From: a virus
DNA length: 62,585 nucleotides
Direction: 5' to 3' (one strand)
IMG/VR virus record: IMGVR_UViG_3300002035_000001
Span: 1 to 62,585 of that record
Position numbers and translations under genes: made by a program. Shown piece by piece: positions 24,529 through 33,088 of this stretch. Within the stretch, counting starts at the first letter, position 1, and each line of letters begins with the position of its first letter. The notes under the pieces were generated by a model. The model did no database searches. It was not told the DNA's origin and saw only the letters and a list, made by a program, of their open reading frames with translations.

Positions 24529-27077
24529 GTAAAAAGAAGATAATGGTGATTGGTGAAAGTCCTCGAATTAACCCGAGGGCAAAATCCATCCTCTATGATG
24601 CTATGAATAGTGTCGGTATAGAAGAGGACGACTTTCGGTGGATAGATGTTCTCGAAGAAGCTCCTCCTGAGGGAAAGAACATTACTAAGACCATGATAAA
24701 GAATGCTAGGGAAGCATTTCTCCAAAAGGTAAATAAGAAAAAACCTGAGTACATTGTTCTATTGGGTAATACTCCTTGTCAGGCTCTTCTAGAACTTACC
24801 GGCATCAGAAAGCTCCGAGGGAAGCCTGTAGAAAAAGATGGTAGAATAGTACTACCCATCCTTCATCCCAACCAAGCCCTCCATGATGATAAGTGGATAG
24901 ATATTATAGAAGGAGACCTGAGACGACTAAAGGAGTGTATGGAGTTTGGCGGGATCCCGGAGGAGAAAGAGCTTGACTTTGAGATTGTTGATACCGATAA
25001 AAAGGTAAAAGCTATGCTAAAGGACCTCTCAGGTACCGTTGCTATTGACCTTGAGACCAGTAGACTATACCCCTTCACTACTTTATTGGACGAGCTTGTT
25101 GCCTCCGGTCGTGCTTCACAGGATGCCATAAAGCAGCACAAGAGTACCCACAGCGGTAATCAGCCTCGAGTTGTAGCTATGCAGTTCGGTACTAGGAAGA
25201 AGCAATGGGTTGTTCCCATGGAGACTGCGGGCATTTGGAAAAAGGCTAAGCTAAAAAAGATTGTTAAGGCCTGCTCTCGAAAGTTAAAGAAGTGCTTCAC
25301 AGTATTCCACAACGGGAAGTTCGACTGCCTGTGGATGCTTACTCGGTTCGGTGTTAAGTGGAAGATTGACTTCGATACCATGCTAGCCCACTATCTCTTG
25401 GATGAAAATGACAGGCACGGCTTAAAGTACTTAGCTCAGAAATACCTAGGAGCCCCTGATTGGGATATCGACGGTGGTGTAAAGAATTCCTGGTCCAATG
25501 CTAATGCCAAGTATGCTGCCCATGATGTTTTCTATACAAGAAAGCTAAGGTTTATTCTTAAGAAGATGCTCGAGGATGACTATGACGTTAAAAGGGTTCA
25601 TGATAAGATAATGGTACCCTGTATCGAGATGTTTATAGAGGCGGAGCATAAGGGTGTTTATATAAACCTTGACAAGATGGATGATGCTGAGACCTATCTA
25701 AGAGAGGAGTTATCTACCGCCCTCAATAACCTTGAGAAGTGGTCGGGAAAAGCGAAGTTGGTAGATAAGAAAACAGGTAAAATAAACTGGGGGTCACCTA
25801 AGCAATTGGGGGATCTTCTTTTCAACGTACTAAAAATACCCAGTGTTGAAAAGACAGCAAGTGGAGCAGATAGTGTTAGCGAGTCCGTTTTACTCAGGAT
25901 CGACCATCCCATGGTTGGCGATCTTCTCAAGTTCAGGGCTGCACAGAAGCAGCTCTCCTCATTCATCGAAGGTTGGCGACCTTACCTTGACACTGAAGGA
26001 CGCCTCCATCCAGTATTCAAACTCCACGGTACCGTTACCGGGAGACTTAGTTGTGAGCATCCCAATCTACAACAGGTTCCCCGAGACCCGCGTATTAGAA
26101 CGCTTATTACGGCCCCTGAAGGATGGACCATGGTCGAGATGGATCTCAGCCAGATCGAGCTGCGCGTTGCGGCAGAGTTGGCAGACGAGCACAATATGCT
26201 TCACGCCTTCAACACGGGAGTGGACGTTCACTGGCTCACTGCAATTAGAGAGATAGAACGCGGCGCAGGATATAAGAAAGAAATGATAAAAACTGTTAAG
26301 CGGGCATCGGGTAAAAAGATGTCTTATTCCGAAGCAGTCGAGTATATCCTTGAACTAGGCCCAGGCCCCGCCGAGAAGCTCATGAACCTGTGGAAAGAAC
26401 TAAGGAAAAAGGCTAAAGCAATTAACTTCGGATATCTATACGGAATGTGGTGGAAGAAGTTTAAGATATATGCCCGAGACAACTATGGAGTTGATGTTAC
26501 AGATGACCAAGCTCAGGCAAGTAGGGAAGCCTTCTTTGAACTCTACCCTAAGTTTCCTAAGTGGCACGAGAAGCAAAGAAGGTTTGCTCAGGTGAATGGC
26601 TACGTTAGGTCTCTGAGCGGTCGTAAACGTCGATTACCTAAAGCGATGGCGGGACGCGATAGCCCAGAGCGACGTGAGGCGCAACGTCAGGCGATTAATA
26701 GTCCTGTTCAATCGTTTGCTAACGAGTTAAACCTAATGGCAGCCTTACAGATGCGCGAGGAATTTAATGCTGACTGGTTCAGATTAGTAGGGACCGTTCA
26801 TGACGCGGTACTTCTAGAAGTAAGGAATGATAAAGTAGAAGAAGTCTTCCATAGGGGACTTGAGATTATGGCGGCACCCGAGCTATTGAAAGTATTTGAA
26901 ATTGAGCTTAGTGTACCGATTGAAGCAGAAGGCGAACTAGGCCCGTGGGGCGCAGGAAAGGATTTAGAAACATGGCTAAAAGCTCAAAACGACAACCAAC
27001 CATTAAAGAAAAGCGAAATAGCAAGAGGCGTAAAAAGGGCAAGAAAACGAATGGAAAGCAAGAAAGCCGCGGCATAG
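24525..27077 (+). CDS. polA: Family A DNA polymerase with a 3'-5' exonuclease domain and an N-terminal degenerate UDG-like domain
   Basis: Exonuclease motifs AIDLET, HNGKFD and YAAHD. Polymerase motifs DLSQIELRVAA, RKKAKAINFGYLYG and VHDAVL. The N-terminus VIGESPR...ILHPNQ resembles family-4 UDG. Confidence 0.9.
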   Translation: MSKKKIMVIGESPRINPRAKSILYDAMNSVGIEEDDFRWIDVLEEAPPEGKNITKTMIKNAREAFLQKVNKKKPEYIVLLGNTPCQALLELTGIRKLRGKPVEKDGRIVLPILHPNQALHDDKWIDIIEGDLRRLKECMEFGGIPEEKELDFEIVDTDKKVKAMLKDLSGTVAIDLETSRLYPFTTLLDELVASGRASQDAIKQHKSTHSGNQPRVVAMQFGTRKKQWVVPMETAGIWKKAKLKKIVKACSRKLKKCFTVFHNGKFDCLWMLTRFGVKWKIDFDTMLAHYLLDENDRHGLKYLAQKYLGAPDWDIDGGVKNSWSNANAKYAAHDVFYTRKLRFILKKMLEDDYDVKRVHDKIMVPCIEMFIEAEHKGVYINLDKMDDAETYLREELSTALNNLEKWSGKAKLVDKKTGKINWGSPKQLGDLLFNVLKIPSVEKTASGADSVSESVLLRIDHPMVGDLLKFRAAQKQLSSFIEGWRPYLDTEGRLHPVFKLHGTVTGRLSCEHPNLQQVPRDPRIRTLITAPEGWTMVEMDLSQIELRVAAELADEHNMLHAFNTGVDVHWLTAIREIERGAGYKKEMIKTVKRASGKKMSYSEAVEYILELGPGPAEKLMNLWKELRKKAKAINFGYLYGMWWKKFKIYARDNYGVDVTDDQAQASREAFFELYPKFPKWHEKQRRFAQVNGYVRSLSGRKRRLPKAMAGRDSPERREAQRQAINSPVQSFANELNLMAALQMREEFNADWFRLVGTVHDAVLLEVRNDKVEEVFHRGLEIMAAPELLKVFEIELSVPIEAEGELGPWGAGKDLETWLKAQNDNQPLKKSEIARGVKRARKRMESKKAAA

Positions 27078-28114
27078 GGGATAACCAAGGCCCGGAGCAT
27101 AATCATAGTGAAGTTCTTACTTCCACAGGTGAGATTAATGTCAGTCAGTCTAAGGTCCGGGTGTATCGTCAGTGTCGGCGGATGTACCATAACAAGTTTG
27201 TACTGGGGCTAAGAAAGAAGAAGATCAAGCGGCCCTTTATGTTCGGTAGAATAGTGCACGAGTGTATAGAAGCCCAACTAGAGGGACAGGACTGGAAGAA
27301 AGTCCTAGAGGGGATTGAACTGGATAACAAGAAACTGTTTAGAAAAGAGGTAGAGATGTATGGGAATATCATAGAAGATATTTTCTACATCATGACCGAC
27401 TACTTCCGTTATTGGAAGGGTGACTTTAAGGCGGTGAAGTTTGACGGAAGAAGAAGCGAGTTCGAGTTTAGGATAGAGCTCGATGACGGACTGTGGTTTA
27501 CCGGTAGGATTGATACCATAGGAAAAGCTAAGAAGATGAGGTGGCTTGTAGAGCATAAGACCTTCGCTAGGATGCCGAGTGAAGATGACCGTTGGAGAAG
27601 CGTTCAAGCTGCAGTATACTTTAGAGCTATGGAACAGATGGGCTTCAAGAGGATCGACGGAGTTCTGTGGGACTATGTTAGTAGTAAGCCTCTAAATGTC
27701 CCAGGAATGACTACTAAGACAGGAAAGATATCTCAGGCTAGGATCGATAGTACTCCCAGCAGAGTTGCTGCTTGGCTAAAGGAAGAGGGCAAAAAGAAGA
27801 AGGATTATCCTAAGCTTGTCTCGGACACCAAAGGAAACCTGCGGAATAGGTTTATCCGGCTATACAGCCCGGTAAAGCCTCGAATAGTGGATAACATCTG
27901 GGATGACTTTGTTGATACTGCTAGAGAGATGAGAGACTTCCATGGTAAGAAAAAGGACCAGAACATCGGAAGGCATTGCTCCTGGTGCGACTATCAAGCA
28001 CTATGTAAGGCTGAAGTGACCGGATCGGATGTTGACTGGTTGATTGAAAGAGAATATACTACTGAACCTGAAAAAAGGAATAATGACGATGGCGACGACC
28101 GTTCGGAAGAATAA
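26972..28114 (+). CDS. PD-(D/E)XK Cas4/RecB-like exonuclease
   Basis: GRIDTIGK...LVEHKT nuclease core. Cys pattern YRQC....CSWCDYQALC. The start is uncertain (ATG 26972 or GTG 26945) and overlaps the polA 3' end. Confidence 0.7.
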   Translation: MAKSSKRQPTIKEKRNSKRRKKGKKTNGKQESRGIGDNQGPEHNHSEVLTSTGEINVSQSKVRVYRQCRRMYHNKFVLGLRKKKIKRPFMFGRIVHECIEAQLEGQDWKKVLEGIELDNKKLFRKEVEMYGNIIEDIFYIMTDYFRYWKGDFKAVKFDGRRSEFEFRIELDDGLWFTGRIDTIGKAKKMRWLVEHKTFARMPSEDDRWRSVQAAVYFRAMEQMGFKRIDGVLWDYVSSKPLNVPGMTTKTGKISQARIDSTPSRVAAWLKEEGKKKKDYPKLVSDTKGNLRNRFIRLYSPVKPRIVDNIWDDFVDTAREMRDFHGKKKDQNIGRHCSWCDYQALCKAEVTGSDVDWLIEREYTTEPEKRNNDDGDDRSEE

Positions 28115-28928
28115 GAAGAAAGACTCCAATAGAGCCCCGGGATCTAAGAGTATTGAGGAAGTTACCCACCGTAGCTCTACAGCTCTTTATGGCCGTAGCG
28201 GTTCGGGAAAAACCACCCTGTCTGCTACTTGGCCTAAGCCTATTCTATATCTTAATATCAGAGACAACGGTACAGACTCTATATCAGATGTCGAAGATAT
28301 TGATGTAGTGGATATTGAGTCCGCTGATGACTTTCAAGAGCAGATCCTCTGGCTCCACAAGCAGGCTAATAGGGGTAAGCTAATCTACAAGACGGTTATT
28401 CTCGATACGATGACTCAGCTTCAGCAGATCCTTGTAGAGGAGATGGGAGTTAATAAGAAGCTAAGCGGTAAAGGCAAGAAAAGGGCCGGGGACTTCGGAA
28501 CACTCACGAAACAGGACTGGGGACAGATAGCGGGAGATCTAAAGTCCGTTATTATGGATATCCGTAATCTTCCCGTAGAGTCTGTTTTTATAGCCCAGGA
28601 GAGGGTGTTTAACCTCGGTGACGAGGAGGATGATGGAGTAGATCAGCTTATGCCCGAGGTGGGAGCAAGACTAATGCCCTCCGTTAATTCCGACCTTTGC
28701 GCTAGCGTATCGATCATAGGAAATACCTTTGTTAGGATAAAGACCACGAAAAAGAAGGAGAAAGGTAAGCCTAGCAAAACTACCGTAGAAAAGATTTACT
28801 GTTTGAGGATAGGCCCTAACGAGGTCTATACTACAAAGATCAGAAAGCCGAAAGGGATCCAGGCTCCTGATTACATTGAGGATCCCACCTTCCGAAAGAT
28901 TAAGAAGATCATGAAAGGAAAAGTTTAA
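28083..28928 (+). CDS. AAA_24/Sak4-like RecA-fold ATPase
   Basis: Walker A GRSGSGKTT and Walker B VILDTMT. Start placed at ATG 28083 after AAGGAA. Confidence 0.7.
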   Translation: MTMATTVRKNKKKDSNRAPGSKSIEEVTHRSSTALYGRSGSGKTTLSATWPKPILYLNIRDNGTDSISDVEDIDVVDIESADDFQEQILWLHKQANRGKLIYKTVILDTMTQLQQILVEEMGVNKKLSGKGKKRAGDFGTLTKQDWGQIAGDLKSVIMDIRNLPVESVFIAQERVFNLGDEEDDGVDQLMPEVGARLMPSVNSDLCASVSIIGNTFVRIKTTKKKEKGKPSKTTVEKIYCLRIGPNEVYTTKIRKPKGIQAPDYIEDPTFRKIKKIMKGKV

Positions 28929-29683
28929 TGCCTCGTAAAAAGAAAAATGCCTCGGTAAAGGTCAATTTTAAGGGAGTAGAGTCTCGACAAACTCCCGAAG
29001 AAGGTGACTATAAACTAGAGGTTCTGGAGGCCGTATCCGGTCAGTCCAGTAAAGGAAACGACCAGATTGAGTTTACTCTAGAGATTGCCGAAGGCAAGTA
29101 TAAGGGAAACAAGGTCTGGTTCTATTGCCCTCTCGCCGAGAACAGCCTGTGGAAGCTCCATGCCTTCCTCACTGCTCTGGGTATTGATGTCCCCGAAGAT
29201 GAGATGGACATTGACTTGTCTGAACTTGTCGGAGAAGAAGTAATGGGTGTTCTTACTCATGAAACCTATCAAGGCAAGAAGAGTGCTAAGATGACTGACT
29301 TCGACAGCATAGATAATTATGATGGTGAAGACGTCGAAGAGGATGAAGACGAGGAAGAGGATGAAAAGCCTAAGAAAGGCAAGAAGTCTAAATCCAAGAA
29401 ATCCTCAAAGAAGTCCAAGAAAGCTAAGGACGAAGACGAGGATGAAGACGAGGATGAAGAGGAAGAAGCTCCTAAAAAGAAGTCTAAGTCCAAGAAGAAA
29501 TCCAAGAAGAAAAAGGCTAAAACCTATTCTGAAGATGATATCGAGGATATGGATGAGGACGAGCTCGAAGAAGTCATCGACGAGCATGACTTGGATGTTG
29601 ACCTCGACGACTTTAAGAAACTCGGTAAGAAGCAGGCTGCTGTTATCGATGCTCTTGAGGACGAAGATCTTATCGAAGACTAA
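28928..29683 (+). CDS. DUF669-like ssDNA-binding protein with a long alternating K-rich and D/E-rich tail
   Basis: Position after the Sak4-like ATPase. The N-terminal ~125 aa fit the DUF669 pattern as recalled. The tail reads KSKSKKSSKKSKKAKDEDEDEDEDEEEE. Confidence 0.6.
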   Translation: MPRKKKNASVKVNFKGVESRQTPEEGDYKLEVLEAVSGQSSKGNDQIEFTLEIAEGKYKGNKVWFYCPLAENSLWKLHAFLTALGIDVPEDEMDIDLSELVGEEVMGVLTHETYQGKKSAKMTDFDSIDNYDGEDVEEDEDEEEDEKPKKGKKSKSKKSSKKSKKAKDEDEDEDEDEEEEAPKKKSKSKKKSKKKKAKTYSEDDIEDMDEDELEEVIDEHDLDVDLDDFKKLGKKQAAVIDALEDEDLIED

Positions 29684-29755
29684 GTTAGCCCTCGGGTCGT
29701 ACTAGGGCGGAGAAGGCGGCATCTTCGGGTGTCGCCTTTTCTTTTGGGAGTTCTT

Positions 29756-30265
29756 ATGGCTAAGAAAAAAGAAACAAGGCTCCAGCAAAGGATCCGTAAA
29801 AAGTTAAAAAGAGAGGTAGGCGGAAAGTGGTGGAAAGTCCACGGGTCTGCTTTCCAAGAAGCAGGTCAGCCTGACCTAGATGGAGTTGTTGATGGTATCT
29901 CGTTTAAGTTCGAAGTCAAGATCCCTCTCGAAGGAAAGCCTAGCGAACTTCAACTCGAGACTCTCCATGAGTGGAGGGAAGAGGGAAGCATCGCCTGTAT
30001 CGTGGAAACGCCTGAGCAAGCGATATCCCTGGTTAAAGCTTCTAAGAAAGCATCAAAAAAAGGGTACCGAGGCGATCGTCTCTACAAGTGGATTTGCCGC
30101 ACTCTTCGCACAGCGCACGGGGAAGACATGGGTTACGGGCGCAGTACTAACCGTGGAAAAAAGGTCAAGCCAAGACGTTCTACTCGTTGGGCCCAAGACC
30201 AACTTAAAGAGCACTTGGGTAAAATTCCTAAACGAAAAACTACCTTGGTACTCGGTGCACCATGA
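29756..30265 (+). CDS. VRR-NUC domain nuclease (3' end overlaps the SNF2 ORF)
   Basis: GQPDLDGVV...FKFEVKIPLEGKPSELQLETLHEWREEGSIACIV fits VRR-NUC. GGGAG RBS before ATG 29756. The last ~75 codons look like out-of-frame sequence. Confidence 0.65.
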   Translation: MAKKKETRLQQRIRKKLKREVGGKWWKVHGSAFQEAGQPDLDGVVDGISFKFEVKIPLEGKPSELQLETLHEWREEGSIACIVETPEQAISLVKASKKASKKGYRGDRLYKWICRTLRTAHGEDMGYGRSTNRGKKVKPRRSTRWAQDQLKEHLGKIPKRKTTLVLGAP

Positions 30266-31757
30266 TCTAGCATCCTATGATGCTCACCGAAAGAAATACC
30301 CAAAGAAGTTTAGAGTACTGCTTCTTAATCCTGAGGCTGTTACTCCTATCCGGGATAAGCTTAAAAGAAGAAAGTGGGACTGGTTTATCTGGGATGAGGC
30401 ACAGAGACTCAAGAACCGGACCTCGCAGTCATCTCGAGACGCTTCTATGATTGCACAGGCTGCGAACCGTAGACTTGCTCTAACAGGAACGCCCATGGAC
30501 CTAGATCCTAAAGACCTGTGGGCAATCATGAGGTTTATAGACAGGTCGGTATTAGGGGATAAATGGAAAGACTTTGAGGCTAAGTTCTTACAAGAACCTA
30601 CTATAGATCTTACTAAAAAGATGGGGATGATACAACGCAAGAAGCTAATGCTAGCTTATCAGATAGCTAAACGTAAAGCACCTATGAGAGAAGACATGAT
30701 AGATGAGTATGCTAAGCTCATCAGTCCTCACGTCATGAGAATATCTAAAGAAGATGCAGGCATCGATCCTGCTCGGGTAAAGGTGGTAGAGCTTAAGCTT
30801 GACCCACAGGAGGAGAGGAGGTATAGAAAGCTTGAGAGAACCATGGTAGTAAAACATGGCGGCAAGACTATCAAGACGCCTCTAAAGATTACTCAGATAG
30901 GTAAGCTTCAGCAACTTACTGGGGGCTACATAAAAGACGAGGACGGAGAAGTACACTGGGTGGGAACAACTAAAAGAAGAAAGCTAAAAAGGTTAATCAG
31001 AAGAAAAGCTAAAGGGCAGCCTTTTGTAGTATTCTGTAAGTATGTCTGGGAGGTTCACATGATCGCCCGTGTTCTTGAGCGTATGGGACTAGGACAGGGA
31101 GCAAAGCTCTGGGGTAAAGTAAAGGATATAAAAACAGACCCCCGAAGAACTAATATGCTACTTGCTTTCCAAGAAGGGAAGTATCCCTGGATGGTATGCC
31201 AGCAAAGGACAGGGGGTGTAGGGGTAGACCTTTACTATGCTAGGAAGTTTTTTGTTTACTCTATGGGTCATTCCTATATAGATTATGACCAGATGCTAAG
31301 TAGAGGCGATTTCTTAGACCAGGATAGCAGAGCAGATTTTTTCCTACTAGCAGTGCAATCGTCTATTGACACCGACATCATAGCTAGTGTAAAAAGAAAG
31401 AAGTCGATTACAGAACAGTTCTATGATCGATTAAATTCTAACCACCCACCAACAAAGGGACATTTACCAATGGCTAAGAAAGATAAAAAAGAGAAGGCTC
31501 CTGAGAAGGAAGCAGCACCAGAATTTAAGTACGGTGTAGAAGACATCGCTGACGAGCTGGGCATTAAGCCTGCATCTGTTCGCGTTCAGCTTCGGAATAA
31601 CGATATCGAAAAAGCTGGCAAGTCGTATGGCTGGAACAGCAAGAAAGAACTTGCTGAGGTTATCGACACCATCCGTTCTGATAAGGATGATGAAGACGAG
31701 GACGAAGCACCTAAGAAAAAGAAGAAGAAAAAGAAGTCTAAGAAGTCTGACGACTAG
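29967..31757 (+). CDS. SNF2-family helicase with a Lys-rich linker and the recurrent C-terminal module
   Basis: LRKHQ, QRTGKT (motif I), WDEAQ (motif II), LTGTP (motif III) and QQRTGGVGVDL. The start is uncertain (ATG 29967 or 29880). C-terminus YGVEDIADELGIKPASVRVQLRNNDIEKAGKSYGWNSKKELAEVIDTI. Confidence 0.8.
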   Translation: MSGGKREASPVSWKRLSKRYPWLKLLRKHQKKGTEAIVSTSGFAALFAQRTGKTWVTGAVLTVEKRSSQDVLLVGPKTNLKSTWVKFLNEKLPWYSVHHDLASYDAHRKKYPKKFRVLLLNPEAVTPIRDKLKRRKWDWFIWDEAQRLKNRTSQSSRDASMIAQAANRRLALTGTPMDLDPKDLWAIMRFIDRSVLGDKWKDFEAKFLQEPTIDLTKKMGMIQRKKLMLAYQIAKRKAPMREDMIDEYAKLISPHVMRISKEDAGIDPARVKVVELKLDPQEERRYRKLERTMVVKHGGKTIKTPLKITQIGKLQQLTGGYIKDEDGEVHWVGTTKRRKLKRLIRRKAKGQPFVVFCKYVWEVHMIARVLERMGLGQGAKLWGKVKDIKTDPRRTNMLLAFQEGKYPWMVCQQRTGGVGVDLYYARKFFVYSMGHSYIDYDQMLSRGDFLDQDSRADFFLLAVQSSIDTDIIASVKRKKSITEQFYDRLNSNHPPTKGHLPMAKKDKKEKAPEKEAAPEFKYGVEDIADELGIKPASVRVQLRNNDIEKAGKSYGWNSKKELAEVIDTIRSDKDDEDEDEAPKKKKKKKKSKKSDD

Positions 31758-31777
31758 ACTTCAATCCCCCGGCCCCT

Positions 31778-31815
31778 TAAAGCGTCCAGCCCTTAGTTGT
31801 GTTGGGCGCTTTTTG
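31778..31815 (+). terminator. Candidate Rho-independent terminator after the SNF2 gene
   Basis: aaagcgtccagc / gttgggcgcttt stem (12 bp including 2 G-U pairs), followed by a T-run. Confidence 0.45.
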
Positions 31816-31937
31816 GTGGCTATCATGGTTGATTGCTAGTCCTTATATCGATCACTGTGCCAGGAGCAGTCCTGAGTGACCTGAGTTAACCTGACGCCTA
31901 CTATAACCGTGTATTATCATGCTGTTTAAGCTGCCCA

Positions 31938-31966
31938 TTGACGAAAAGGTAAATGGGAAGTATTAT
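31938..31966 (+). promoter_or_regulatory. Sigma70-type promoter for the wHTH-spanin unit
   Basis: TTGACG-17 nt-TATTAT. Confidence 0.55.
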
Positions 31967-31996
31967 ATTCCGGTATTTACTATTCGGGATTTGATT

Positions 31997-32407
31997 ATGA
32001 CACCTAATCGGGAACAGGAGCTTGAGGACGAGATCGAGCTATTAAACCAGAAGCTAAAGGCTCTTACCGGAACAAGCCAAGAACTAGGTACCATTATGGC
32101 CATAGGTCATGGTATGACACAGAGACTAGCCTTGATCCTGATGATCCTAGTTAAACGAGCTCCCGGCGTTGTATCTAAATCCACCTTCCACTCTTTAGTA
32201 TATGGCCATGATGAGGACGGTGGGCCTGAGCCCAAGATATTCTCAGTCCATATAGGTAGACTAAGAAGTTTACTAAAGAGGGTTAATTGTCCAGGAAAGG
32301 TAGACACCGTCTGGAATGCTGGGTACCGTGCTAACCCTGAGCTTGTTAAGTGGGTTAAAGACTTATATGATAGGGACATACCTAAGGAGAAGTCAGATGA
32401 TGGGTAA
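31997..32407 (+). CDS. Stand-alone OmpR/PhoB-type winged-helix protein
   Basis: IFSVHIGRLRSLLKRVNCPGKVDTVWNAGYRAN fits Trans_reg_C. Start moved downstream of the promoter (MTPNREQ). Confidence 0.55.
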   Translation: MTPNREQELEDEIELLNQKLKALTGTSQELGTIMAIGHGMTQRLALILMILVKRAPGVVSKSTFHSLVYGHDEDGGPEPKIFSVHIGRLRSLLKRVNCPGKVDTVWNAGYRANPELVKWVKDLYDRDIPKEKSDDG

Positions 32408-32879
32408 AGTGCTTTTTAAGTTTCTAGGATTTGATGTAAGTATCTTCAAGATACTGATGGGAGTAGGAGGAGCAGTAGCCTTATGGTTTGTGTATGATAG
32501 CATAACCGATCACTTCCAACATATTAAAGACCTGGAAACAGAAAATGATAGGCTCGGAACTAAGGTAACTCGAGTAGAAGGCCAGCGGGATGCAGTAATT
32601 GACTTAAATAAAGACAATGCTAAAGCTGCTGAGTTGGAGGAGGAAGTCCGAGACAACAATCAAGAAATAGCAACCGCTGAACGAGCCGCGGCAAGAGAAA
32701 GAGCTCAGACTTACCAGGAGATTAGAAATGCAATTACTAGCCAACCTGAAGCATCAGACTCTCGTCAAGAACAGCCCGTTGCTCCTGTTATTAGCGATAC
32801 CCTTGGCCGCCTGTGGAACAACACGGACTCCCCCGCCGGAAGTCAAGGTAGTAACCAAAACGAGGATGGTATTCGCTGA
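32397..32879 (+). CDS. i-spanin (Rz-like)
   Basis: Start ATG 32397 after AAGGAG. N-terminal TM ILMGVGGAVALWFVY, then a coiled coil. Confidence 0.6.
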   Translation: MMGKVLFKFLGFDVSIFKILMGVGGAVALWFVYDSITDHFQHIKDLETENDRLGTKVTRVEGQRDAVIDLNKDNAKAAELEEEVRDNNQEIATAERAAARERAQTYQEIRNAITSQPEASDSRQEQPVAPVISDTLGRLWNNTDSPAGSQGSNQNEDGIR

Positions 32880-33084
32880 GCCTGATCCCGCTCTAAGGGA
32901 ATGTCTTGAGAGGCTTCCCAAACGTCAAATTAATAATGATGAAGATATTGCTAACCTTATTAACGACGCCTTTGAGGTTGGCGATGACTGTCGGTCAAAG
33001 CTCGGTGCTACCTGGAAAAGCATAGACGAGACTAGAGCTACAGTCGAAGCCTTTAATCGGGATCAATCAAGGCGGGAGGAATAA
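32728..33084 (+). CDS. o-spanin (Rz1-like lipoprotein), overlapped with the i-spanin in the +1 frame
   Basis: Signal peptide with lipobox LLLLLAIPLAAC, followed by the Pro-rich GTTRTPPPE. Confidence 0.65.
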   Translation: MQLLANLKHQTLVKNSPLLLLLAIPLAACGTTRTPPPEVKVVTKTRMVFAEPDPALRECLERLPKRQINNDEDIANLINDAFEVGDDCRSKLGATWKSIDETRATVEAFNRDQSRREE

Positions 33085-33088
33085 AACC

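Noticed and set aside
29317-29705. Repetitive GAAGA/GACGAG DNA with several overlapping ORFs; checked as a possible CRISPR or tandem-repeat array
   Set aside because: It encodes the K-rich and D/E-rich tail of the DUF669-like protein. There is no repeat-spacer periodicity.
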